Assembly: GCF_000150275.1 (NCBI RefSeq) | Contig: NW_002060948.1 | Coordinates: 62,001 to 126,000, forward strand | Source of the DNA: Trichoplax adhaerens | Lineage: Eukaryota > Animalia > Placozoa | Length of the DNA: 64,000 bases | Reading direction: 5' to 3' | The notes under the pieces: generated by a model | The model's database searches: none | What the model was told of the DNA's origin: nothing | The model's input: only the letters and a program-made list of their open reading frames with translations | Shown: one piece after another, positions 12,569-24,634 of the stretch | Layout: each line of letters starts with the position of its first letter | How positions within the stretch are numbered: the stretch's first letter is position 1 | Position numbers and translations under genes: made by a program

Positions 12569-15500
12569 ATGGCAGTCAACGAGCTTCGACGAAAGCAAAT
12601 TGGTAGCTCATAATAGACTGATGTTCAATCTTGGTCATAAATTAGTAAACAGGAACAGAGTTTGACTATCAAGATCAAACTTAGTTTACTGGTTTTTATA
12701 CGATATCTTACAAGCCAAGTTGATATATTGCTTAATTAACTTGCTATAATTTGATACTAATGTCTTCAGTGGATGGGCAACATACTGTACAAGTGCAATT
12801 ACAATAATAATTATGAAGATAATATATCCGTAGAAATTGTTGGAATGCAGTAAACTGAGCTATTTCGATGCGTATTTATCATTCATTATGTTCATGTGTC
12901 TCGTCCTCATAGAATCGATCAAGCTGATGATGAATATGTATCAGCCAGCTGGCAGCAAAGCTTCGTCTATAGAGCCTAATTGGAAGGTATAGCTATGTAC
13001 ACTGAACAGTTGAATTAACAATTTTAATTGAATTTGTAATAAGTAAAATATTATGGACAGTAAGTCAAACCGATCAGGAAAATTACTTCTTTCTGTCAAA
13101 TAGACGAGTATGCATTGTCTTCTCAGCCTTTACAGTATCTTGCTACAAATGACTTAGTGTCACTTAGGGTTTAACATGCAGTTATATATTAATTATCAGT
13201 TATACGTAATCCAAATACTGATAGTAACTTGTAAAGTGATTATTATTCCATTGAATTGATACAAGTACCTACTGCTATTATCTAGGTATTGATCTATGAT
13301 GGCTATGGCCAAGATATTATTTCCCCATTGCTGACTGTTGGAGATTTACGTGATTTGGGAGTAACGGTTCATTTGTATGTATAGATAGGCTCACACACTA
13401 TACATAACGATCAATAATGTTGACTCGATATCAAGTATTAAATAAGTATAATATTTTAATATTATTAGTTTTGCAATGTTATTTGCTCTCTGGTAATAGA
13501 GGTAGTGAAGTTCACTTAATACAGTATGGTGTATCTTAGTATAATGATAGAATAGAAAGACGTCGAATTTATATATTCTATGTAAAGTTCTCACACCTTA
13601 TCTATCCTTTCTATGTGGCTATACGTTAGGCCATTAATGTCAGATAGGGAACCTATACCGGATGTACCTGCTATCTATTTAGTGGTTCCATCATCTGAAA
13701 ATGTTGACAGAATCATTCAAGATTGCAGAAATCAGTTGTATGATTCATACTATTTAAGTTTCATCTCTCCCATCTCGCGTAATCGATTAGAGGATCTGGC
13801 GATGGGAACGATCCATGCAAATTCAGTTTCTCAGATTTCTAAGGTACTAAAAAGATGATTTATTATACTTAGACTCACTCATTTAATAGACGTGATATAC
13901 GTTTCTCTGTTTGTTGGCAAACTTGTTTTTCGCATTATTGAAATAATTATTACAGGTTTATGACCAATACCTCAACTTTATATGTCTTGAAGATGACCTA
14001 TTCATTCCGCGATATCATGATGTCGAGATGTTATCATATCATGGTAGGATTGAACTTCTATCTCTATCGCCTTAACTAGTGATATAATATCTTGTCTACT
14101 TGCTATAATTTTGAAGTGTTATCAACTTATTACTTTGTTGAAAGCTGTATAGCTTGATAATAAACGGTATGATTGTCATATTCGCTTTCATCAATAGCAC
14201 TGAATAGTACTGATGCCAAAGATACGGACATTGAAGTTATACGAGATATTTTGGTAGACTCTTTGTTTTCTGCGTTGGCAACTTTAGGTATATGATCGTA
14301 CCGTGCTATTGTATAGCGCTATTATTAGTTCATAGCTAATTATATTATTGGCTACATACCAAAATTTTGATATGATTACAGTACTCATGTATTCATACTG
14401 TCTAATTAATGAAGGCACTGTCCCCATCATTAGATGTCCGCGTGGAAACGCTGCAGAAATGGTAGCTGAGGTATATTCTATGTCGTTCTTGAAAAAAATT
14501 TTAGATTTTAAATCGCTGTATGAAATGGCTCATTAGATTGATAATTAGTAATTCGAGTTTTGCGTATATCATTTATCACTCTAGGCATTGGATAAGAAAC
14601 TAAGGGAGAATCTAAGAAATAGTCGCACATGCCTTTTTTCAGGAGACAGTGTGGTTGGTGGACAGTTTAAGTAAGCAGCTAGTGCTAGATACAATACATC
14701 AAATAACGTGAAATTTCTTTTCTTGATTTAAATGATTAAAATCATCAAATTTCATTTGCCGTATTAGTTTTCAGAGACCTCTTCTCATCATACTTGATCG
14801 TAATACCGACTTTACAACCATTTTACATCATACCTGGACTTATCAAGCCCTTGTTCACGACTTACTGGTATAACCTATAGAAACTGCATACGTTATGTCA
14901 AATTTTAAATTATAAACTGTTTGTATGAACTTTGATTACTAGAATATGGAATTGAATAGAGTTAATATTCAGGAAAGTTCTTCTAGTGAAGAAATTGGAG
15001 CTAGCAGTGCAAAAGCCCAAAAGCCAAAGTGCTATGACTTAAACTCGGATAGTGATTCCTTTTGGAGTTTCCATAAAGGAAGGTTTGTTGATCTTCAAAT
15101 CTTATTCTGTGGCTAGTGCAGAGGATTATTCGTTTTGACATCAAAGTGTTTCATACCACCACATCTTTGCTTTTCATTATTCTAGCCCATTTCCAAGCGT
15201 TGCTGAAGCGATTCAAGTTACATTGGATGAGTACAGAAATTCTGAAGATGACATTAAGAAATTAAAAAGTACCATGGTTAGCTCAGAATACAAAGCTGTG
15301 AGCAGTTTTTATCGCAACTGTTAACGCTGTTTCTTTTTGTTATTTTAATACTAGGGCTTAGAAGATGAATCTTTAGCGGTTGTTAGTGCGGCTGTAGAAA
15401 ATTCGTTATCGAATGATCATACTTCAAAGTTATCATCTGCTGTTAGGTATTTTGCATGAAAGCTCATTTTAGTGCTCTTAGAACGGTATTTTGTACAGTT

Positions 15501-17307
15501 ACGAGCTGTGCATATAAAACTTCTTGTTTTCCTTCAGCTCGTTACCAGAATTACTGGAAAAAAAGAAATCCATTGATATGCATACAAATATTGCAACCGC
15601 TTTGCTAGAACATATTAAAGTGAGTATTCTAAAGTTTGCACTGGTTTGAATAAGGCTGCTGTAATTCTGTTATCTCTTTTCATATTCTTTCAGAATCGTA
15701 AATTGGATTCTTATTTTGAACTTGAAGAAAAACTTATGAGTAAATCATCGATCGGGGTTAGAATTGGAGAATTGCAGTGCAAAAGTTTTATGTTGTTTGT
15801 GTTAATTTTAACTATGAATAAATTTAAAATTAATTTTATAGGAAATATCAGTTATGGACATTCTCGCCGATCCAAACAGTAAATATTCCATTCTTCTTTA
15901 TGCGGACCATCAGATACTGTAGACATTGTAGATTAAGCATTGACTTTACCATTATTTTCGAGTAGGTGCTACTCCGGAAGACAAATTGAGATTATTTTTA
16001 ATCTATTATATTTGTGGTCCACCCTTGACTGATGTAAACATTGATTATTTGATTTGATTTGATTTAAAAGTACAAATTATTTAGGATGGATCTATAATTA
16101 TGCTCTTTTAGGCTGATTTAGAGAAGTATACTACTACTCTAAGGAATGCTGGAGTTAACCTAACCTCTTTTGATTATGTAAAGAAGATGAAGTAAGTATA
16201 CCTCTTGTAGCATTATAGAGTAATTGCGGAGTAAAATTAATTTTAGAACTATTTTATAGGTCCTTTGCTAAAATGACTCTTAAACCAAGCATTGCCAGCG
16301 ATAGCAAATCTAGCGTGGGGTATGATAATTGTTGCTATCGTAAACTATGTAGATTATTTATCATAGATTTTCGACAGTGCCACTAAAATTTACTTCACGG
16401 GGATTAGGCAAGTCTTTTCGCGGATCATGAAAACTGGATCTAAATTTGTAATGGAAGGCGTCAAAAATTTAGCGTTTAAAACTAAGGTAAGCAATACCGT
16501 AATTGAGTACCACTTTTTGTAACTATTTCGTTTAAGTATACATATTGAATTGAAACAGGATTTGCCTGTGACACGTATTGTCGATGCACTGATGGAATCA
16601 AGATCAATTGCTGTAAGATTACGTTAAAAGATCTATAATAGATTTAAGTTATTTAGGACATTAAGGATGGTATTATCTATGGATGTACTCAAGGTTATCT
16701 ATTTTAAAATGATCATAGGAAATTGAAGATTATCGTTACTTTGATCCAAAGTTGCTGAGAGCATCAGACGGGTATATACAGTATAGCATACATGCGCCTA
16801 AAGTATACGGTGAAACGATTTTATCATGCTTTTTTTTATATAGATCGGCTGCTCATACAAAAAATCCTTTTCAAGAGGTTTCTACTTAATGCTCATATTA
16901 GGAAATTAATTAAAAATATTTACTAGCTAGCTATTCTATGTCCTATTACAATAATATGGTAAATTGCTATATATATTAATAAAATGTTGATTTCTTGAAG
17001 GCTATTGTGTTTATGGTTGGAGGAGGAAATTACGTTGAATATCAGAATTTAATCGATTATGCCAAGGTATGCCGTAAATCATACTTTCTCTTTAAATCTA
17101 GCATTCTGTAATAATGTTGGGATCTTTTTAAGCGCCAGACAGTACAAAAGCATATCACTTACGGATGCAGTGAGTTAATGACCGCATCTCATTTCTTGCA
17201 ACAGGTTTGTAATTTTTAATATTTTCTTATATTTCTGTTAGTGCTTTGTTATCGTTGTGTATATAAGCAATACTTTATTTTTATAATAGTTGGAAAGGCT
17301 TGGTTAG
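12569..17307 (+). CDS. SCFD1: Sec1/Munc18 family protein Sly1 (SCFD1), about 23 exons
   Basis: Spliced translation: [11 protein letters not shown]...[35 protein letters not shown]...[24 protein letters not shown]...[16 protein letters not shown]...[12 protein letters not shown]...[13 protein letters not shown]...[24 protein letters not shown]...[17 protein letters not shown]...LERLG*. These are diagnostic Sly1 motifs. Confidence 0.95.
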
Positions 17308-17549
17308 AGATTATCTGCTGAATTGGTTCTTCCAGTTCAAAATCTAATATATGAACTACTTAGATCGAAATAAGCGGGAGCAATGTACAAATAAAATCTG
17401 GCAATTCATTTTACTGATTAACAGCTAAAATATTGAATAAAGTATTTGCAGCATAATTAATATCTACAATTACATAGTAAATAAAAATTTTATTATCAAT
17501 ATAATAAAATATTCGTCTTTACAGTCTACGCATATAAAAAGGTTAATTG

Positions 17550-19184
17550 TTAACTTTTGGTTTCGGCTGATGAATAATTCTGTCTCCAGAGAAATTCTTT
17601 CATATACCCATTAGAGGATTTGTCATTGTTGTTATGCAAGCAATTCTTGCTGCAAGTGTAAACTAACAATATACCCCAATCGATGCTTGTTTGAGAATTT
17701 TCAATCTTTAAATAATGGAGGAGTTGAGGCATAATCTAATAACGGAGATAACAGCTTTCGGTAACTACCTTGATGCAGGTATCGGTGTTTTAGTTTTGAA
17801 GTACAGTACATTAAGTGTACATGACTGTACGGTATTGAACAGATGATTGAATTAAACGTAATATTAACAACGTTTGTCTATACAGTTTGACTACTACAAG
17901 AGTGCAACATGAGACTATGTGACCAAGGAATACCGCATTCGTATGAATATTTTGCTATACTATACGGTCTACAAACTTGATTGTAGCCTAAGTTATGCCA
18001 TTTATTCATCTAATACTATACACTAATCTAAAGTGTTGCATATTACTGTATATGCTGAATGTTAAGTTTAAGTTCCAATGTCTTTACCTGAAACTCGAAT
18101 ATACGTTTAGCTCCACATGAACAACCTGGAATGTCGGATGATGAGGGGATATCCTTGCTTGAAATCCATAGGGGAATTCCATTACGCTTATACCTTAGGA
18201 TCTACACGTATATCAAGATTGATATAATGACTTACTGAATGATGTCACTATCCAAAAACGTTTCTACTGTCATGTACAAAACTACAATGAGAGTAAGAAC
18301 AGTTCATAAATAATGTAAGAATGGTATCATTGATTACTTACTTGATCTGGTTGTAGGCGAATCTTTTCTTTAAATTCAAGAAATTCCTCGTCATGATTAT
18401 GATCTTCCACAGATTTTATATCGGCTTCTGTAATTTGATTAGCAAGGTCGGACTTAATATAATCATGGTAGTTTTCTCCAGTCAGCTTGGAATCGGTAGG
18501 ATGATCAGATTTACTATCAGCATCGTCGTTGTCATTATCTTCATCATCATCATCGATACAAACATCATATTGCGGAAATAAGTAATCATTGCTTGCAAAT
18601 ATGGGTGTTTTGGCTGCAGAAGTACAATTTTCACGATGGCCGTGCTTCCAATCAAATACCTGATGTTGTCTACAACAATACGGCGTTCCACATTTAGCGC
18701 ATTTTTTTTCGCTCGGAATTCCACATAAACTACATAACGAACACCACTTTGTAAGGAGTGAATTATCGTATGAATTTTGAGGATTTTGTCGATCAGGAGG
18801 TTGGCTACTATAAAAGCTATTATTACGAGGTAATTGGCTACGAAACACAAGGAAACAATCTTGTGCAGAACGCTGATGGCACTGTCCATCTCTGCAACAA
18901 AAAATATAAATGGTACGATGAAAGCATGCAGATTCGCCATCTACTGGGCAATATAGCTGTATAAGGAATTGCATTACGTTTCCACAATTCTTGCATGTTA
19001 AGCTAGCTGCGGAAGGGATTCCTTGCAGATCTAGCCATACTGGTTTGCCACCGACCTTACTTGGAAAAAATTGATTAGTTAATAATAATTCATCATCGAC
19101 CTCCTCAATAAATCCTAGCTCAACATTATTATCATGGTGAGTGCATTCTGCTTTCGCTGATTCTTCTTCTTGCTTCTTTTCCAT
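17550..19184 (-). CDS. PDCD2: Programmed cell death protein 2 (zf-MYND + PDCD2_C); exons about 19184-18342, 18201-18088, 17735-17550
   Basis: Motifs [13 protein letters not shown], CxxC...FLIQLYCP...[10 protein letters not shown], the MYND finger [40 protein letters not shown]...[18 protein letters not shown]...[15 protein letters not shown]. The exact start ATG is uncertain (19184 or slightly upstream). Confidence 0.93.
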
Positions 19185-20853
19185 GTTGAGTTGATTAACC
19201 ACCATAGGCATAGACAATATTTCTCACCAATGCTTTCTGCTCGAGTGGCAGTGGTCAATGATTAAATGCAGTATACTGTATGGTGCAAGTGGTTTGGTGT
19301 ACATTTCTGTACAACCCGATCTGTTTCTGATATAATCACTACCGAAATCGATAATAGTAGTACTTACTGTAGTTGCTATAGAAGTTAGTAAAAACAACAG
19401 ACGGATGGACAATTCAAGTTGCTGTCTCTGTTGTAGGCCCTACCTACTATGCGGTATGATTTAACAATTGTATAAGTATAGTTTTAGTGATATAAACATA
19501 CATATACGATCGACAACAGCTGCAGTAGGCTTTGCCCACTTCTTTTAGCGTTGGAGTTGTGGATGTATACTGTATGGTAGTCAGTTTACCTTTTTTGGGA
19601 CAAATTTAGAATGATGGAATGACAGATAATCATTTAGAGCCGTTAGATAGATAGAATTTCTATCTATAACCACGTTTAGTGTTATACAATTTTCAGTTGA
19701 GGACTAGTAATTGGACAGAACTTGGATCTGTTTACAAAAAAAAAAAGTACTTTCTCATTGATCAGACATTGATCAGAATTTTTCAATTATCAAAACGGAC
19801 GTTAGGGAGTAAAGAAAGTATCTATAATATTATAACGTGTTTTGACTATAATCAAAGACAATCGTTGGTAGCCAGTTGGTCTTTGGTAGTCTTTAGCCAT
19901 TCTTGGTCGTTCAGAAAGCTGAAATCGTAACAGTTATAGGCTTACGTAGGTATTTGATTGATATCGTAAAAGTGAATGGGACATCAATTATTTTTAACAA
20001 CAATATAAGACATCAATTCGATATTCAATGTTTATACGTGATAGCTATATCCTCTACATTTAAATGTCTAGTACAATAAAAATTCACTAACGTTCTAGTT
20101 TATCACTCATTACGCTATTGCTTTGACTGTAAGGTTACTCTATAATAAAAGAACATTTAGTAAAATAAACGTTTTTGCCATTTCAGAATCCATTGAGTTT
20201 ATTATTGTAAGGGTGACCATTATAACTTCTGGTTAATGAATTTAATAATTATATTATATGCTCACATTGTTTCACCAATGTTGTAAAGGCTTTAAACGGA
20301 GTTTAATAATAGTACGTGAATCGAAAGTAGAATAGCAGTATTTAATCTATGCAGCTATAGAACTTAGTGAATTACTTCTCTTTTTCCTTGATATTAATAA
20401 AAAAACTGCTGGCTAATCGATATCAGGAATTATGACGCCCATAATTTATTTAATTAATCTTTCACGCTAATGGTTGTTAATGTGTGGTTAGGCTGTTGCG
20501 TAGAATTCTATTTTATGGTCATACCGTAATCGTCTACAGATTGATTTTGTACGCGCGTATATTGCTCTCAGTTTGATATTTCATTACAAAATTTGATTGA
20601 CGATGTTGGTGAAACGCCTTGATTGATTAAATAAAGCGTATACCATAGACTATGTAAATACAGTACATGTATAGTAGGCCTAATGACCAAGTAGAAAAAG
20701 ATATTGAAGCAGTTCTGTTAGAGCTTACGAATCGAGTAATCAAACAGTTTAGGGATTACTGTATAATGCATCTCCATTTGGAGACTTATCAATGTGTTAC
20801 AAGAAGAATTAATCTAGTATTCATATTCTGTTATTAATTAGATCAGGATCAAA

Positions 20854-23800
20854 ATGATGTGCTATAAATGTGCTGCAAAATTTGGTCTTCTTAAGCGTCA
20901 GGTAATTTATCTACATTTTATGAACGTACGATTGGAAATAAATAAATTTCATTTATTGATTGATACAGTGTTATAATTTAACATAACGTCATATATACAA
21001 CATACAGTGTAGTATTCGTTATCCTACTCGATTTTATATCCGTGCATAGGGTGATCATACTTTTGCTTGCACAGAATATATTGCCAAAATTTATGTAAAT
21101 CTGTACAAGTAAATCGTGCTAGTAAATAAGAATTAGCTACTGTTACTTAATTTACCGTATTAATTCTGATTTTTGAGCTCTTAACTGATTTCATACTTAT
21201 TACAAACAGAATTACTGTAGACGCTGTAATAAGTTATTCTGCAAGAATTGCCTATTCAAATCCACTCATGATGGTAATTTGATCTGTAAAGATTGCTTAA
21301 AGAAGTAAGTTAAAATTAGATTGACAATTTGAGCTCTATTAAATAAAATTGTGCGCACTTACATAACTGTGTACTTATAGTACTGGTAATGGTAATGGGA
21401 CAAATTAGGGTATTAGTAATATGATAGTCAATAGTCTTTATAATGTAATATCAACGGTACGTATATAGAATTTTTAAAAATTACATCTTAGTAATCTTTA
21501 CTTGGTAATAATAAATTTACCGTAATATCAAAGTGAAAGTGATACGTATATTGAATTTCTAAAAATCGCAACTTTGTAATTTTACTTGTTAATAATCAAT
21601 TTACCGTAATATTAAAGTAAAAGTGATACGTATAGAATTTCTAAAAATCGCATCTTTGTAATTTTACTTGTTAATAATAAATTTACCGTAATATTAAGTG
21701 AAAGTGATGGAAATAAGCAAAAGGCATCGAAAGCTGTTAATGAACAGGTATACTGAATTGAATTAAAACGTAAGATAAAGATTTTTATCTTAGTATTTTA
21801 CAGCAATATTGTTACTTCTGTAGGCAGCTAGTTTTTCCTCACTTAATTATACAAGTGCTCAACTTACCGCGCAAAAACAACGCAGCAAACACGCTAACCA
21901 GAGAGGTAGTGGACTTAAATATACTAACAGTGAAGAAGATTTTCATTCCTCTAACGTACAAAGTGTAAAGGATATTGAAGAACGACTAGAGCACCTTCGT
22001 AATGAGAAAGAAAGAGTAAACGTCTGCGATACCAAAGATATCAAGGAACGACTTGATAAACTGAAGGACAATCCGTGTAAAGGTAAGTATGCATAATTTA
22101 AATACTTTCTTTCGATATCAATAGTAAGACTATTCAGTTTATAGGCAACCAATTCCTGTACTATTGCTTAGGGATCCAAATTAAAACTATTATAACTTTT
22201 TTATTTAATATGTTGATTAGTATCGGATAAAGATATCGAAGAACGCTTATGTAAACTACGTGGTGAGAACTATTCCAGCACCAAGCAATCACTGGTAACT
22301 TAAATATTTACGTTACAGTCAAACGACCGAACTGAGGATTATAATCTCTCTGATATTATGTCATAGTTTCCAAAGTAGAAGGAGCACTTATAAAATTTCT
22401 CAAGCTCGCTGCTTATTATTGTAATTTACTTTAGCTGGTTCAGAAACATCGAACCGAAACCGAACAAATTGATGAGTTAATCAACAGAACTGAGGACGAA
22501 GTTCAATTAGATTACGGGCCATCATCCATTAAGCCACCGCAGGAATTACTTTCAGAATCTAGCACTAATCAGGCAATGGATATTTCCGAAGCTGAAAAAC
22601 TTATGCAACAAATGCAGATAGATATGATAGAAGATGATAAATTACAAGATAAAGTAAAAGACTTAGAATCAAGACTTAAAGCCTTGAAGGGTAATTACTG
22701 TAGTTAGCTAGTTCTCAATAGTGCTATCACATTGGTGATAGACTGCAAGATCCAGATAGAGAATTTACTAATATACTTGTAGTCGTATTTATAGTCTGTA
22801 TAGTAGAGTAGTTATTTTATAGAACATGGAAATTTTACGCTGATATGTTATTTATGTATATTGGAAATTACCAGCTATAAAGACAACTTGTTTATTAATT
22901 GGTGTATTAATTTATTAGCTGATAAGGAAAATCAAGGTGCACATGGATTCAACGCTTATACCGATGAGGTTGACAGCGATGATGATGAAACATCAGCTAG
23001 CAAATTACTAAAGCAGGTACGATGTAACCGATAAGGATTTTAATTTTCTTAGAAATTAAGTCTCAAGTCTGTGTTCTTTGATTGAGTTTAAATTTAATAA
23101 TGTTAGCTCATGATAGAATACAGTGATAGTATTAGATTGGAACATTTTTGCTTCAAGGCACCAAAAGATTATAAATATCAGCATTTGATACATCGCTCAA
23201 TTGTAGTTATACTGTATACATTTTCACCTAGAGAACTATACAGACATAATTATTCCATTACATTTACATTTAATACCTTTGCATAAATTTTTGTTTCTTA
23301 AATTTATGATAAGATTATACTAGAAGCTCAGATGGATCAAGGTCTTCAACAGTCTGGATACGGTTGGTTTAATAAAGTATCAATTTTGTATACATGTGTT
23401 TTTGGTATAAATATTATTATAATCAAAATAGGATTGCTATGCGATAGTATTCATCTTGATTTTTTAAGGTCTGCATTTAAGAATAGCAGAGATTTTCATC
23501 TTGCTAAGATATTGAAATATGGAATTTACTTAACACTAGGAAATTTACTGGAAAAGAAGGCAAACCATGACGATGAAGAAGACGAGGAATTACCATGGTG
23601 TACGATATGTAATCGGGATGCTTCATTACGATGCCGCGGATGTGATGATGATTTATATTGCAAGAGATGTTACAAGTAAAAATAGCATAAAATTACCAGT
23701 GTTCGAATGGCATTGCACCTGCTAGTGATGCAGTTTACTTCCAAGCATACAATATTTATGTCATATCTATTGTGCCAGTTACAGCATAGTTTGTACAAGA

Positions 23801-23960
23801 TGTTTAAGCTTAAGTGTTATTATTTGTAAGATTGTATGGTCCTATTGTGTTTAAAAAATGTCTTTTAACCATTTTACAATCCTTTTCTAGAGAATGTCAC
23901 CAAAGCGAAGACCCTGAAGAACATTTCGTAGTCTCTTACAAACCTAAGCGAAAATCTTAA
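20854..23960 (+). CDS. ZFYVE19: Abscission/NoCut checkpoint regulator (ANCHR/ZFYVE19)
   Basis: N-terminal FYVE-type finger [30 protein letters not shown]...ICKDC, central MIM1-like DIEERLxxLR motifs, and C-terminal B-box-like [33 protein letters not shown]...KPKRKS*. A short upstream exon is possible. Confidence 0.88.
21455..21710 (+). repeat. Three tandem copies of a unit of about 80 bp in a ZFYVE19 intron, overlapping the 3' splice site
   Basis: Repeated tacgtata..gaatttctaaaaatcgca.ctttgtaattttacttgttaataat.aatttaccgtaatat.aaagtgaaagtgat. Confidence 0.85.
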
Positions 23961-24019
23961 AAAAATAATGTGTTGCGTCTATGAATTGTACTGTATTACA
24001 GCGCAATAATTGAAAAATT

Positions 24020-24571
24020 CTATTTTGTGGTAACTTCCGCCTCAGGTTGATCATATCCTGCAATTGGTGGAGTAAAAGTTGGCCCGTTGCATTGATATGG
24101 GAATAATTGTGGATCGGCTTGTAAAGCTTTAGCATAGAGCGATGGAGATAAAACCTTTAATTGAAGCAACGCTTGATTTCGACTTTTGTATATATCTTGA
24201 AATTTGATTAAATCCGAACGGTGTTGGTTCATCTTATATCGAGACCATTCCTTTAATAATAAAATTCTTCTCTCCTCTTCCTCTGGATTGTTGTTTTGGA
24301 TATTTCTTTTTCTGTCCTCTTTTAACCACTTACTATCTACAGGAGGATCGACAAATTTTTTACGTTTCTTTGCCTCTTCTTGTTCTTGCTGAGCTGCTTT
24401 AGCTAGTTTAGAGTTTAATTTTGCCTTTTGTTGTTGTTGTTGGGTTAGTTTATTTTTTACTTTGGATTTTTTTTTCTTTTTTCCATCACCACGTATTGGA
24501 ATAACATAGCGGACGCTTAAAGCAGTTGATCGCAAGCCAAAAACGCTCATCGCTCTTGTGATTGCAGCCAT
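24020..24571 (-). CDS. MRPL40: Mitochondrial ribosomal protein L40 (mL40), intronless
   Basis: Basic amphipathic N-terminus MAAITRAMSVFGLRSTALSVR. EEEERRILLLKEWSRYK...QALLQLKVLSPSLYAKALQADPQLFPYQCNGPTFTPPIAGY matches recalled MRPL40 (EETERRALLLKKWSLYK...GPHYTPPIPNY). Confidence 0.9.
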   Translation of the reverse strand: MAAITRAMSVFGLRSTALSVRYVIPIRGDGKKKKKSKVKNKLTQQQQQKAKLNSKLAKAAQQEQEEAKKRKKFVDPPVDSKWLKEDRKRNIQNNNPEEEERRILLLKEWSRYKMNQHRSDLIKFQDIYKSRNQALLQLKVLSPSLYAKALQADPQLFPYQCNGPTFTPPIAGYDQPEAEVTTK

Positions 24572-24634
24572 ATTGCACGCTTGCCGAGCAGAGGGCTGGA
24601 GGATGCGATTGAGAGTGCGTTGCAGTGTTGAGTC

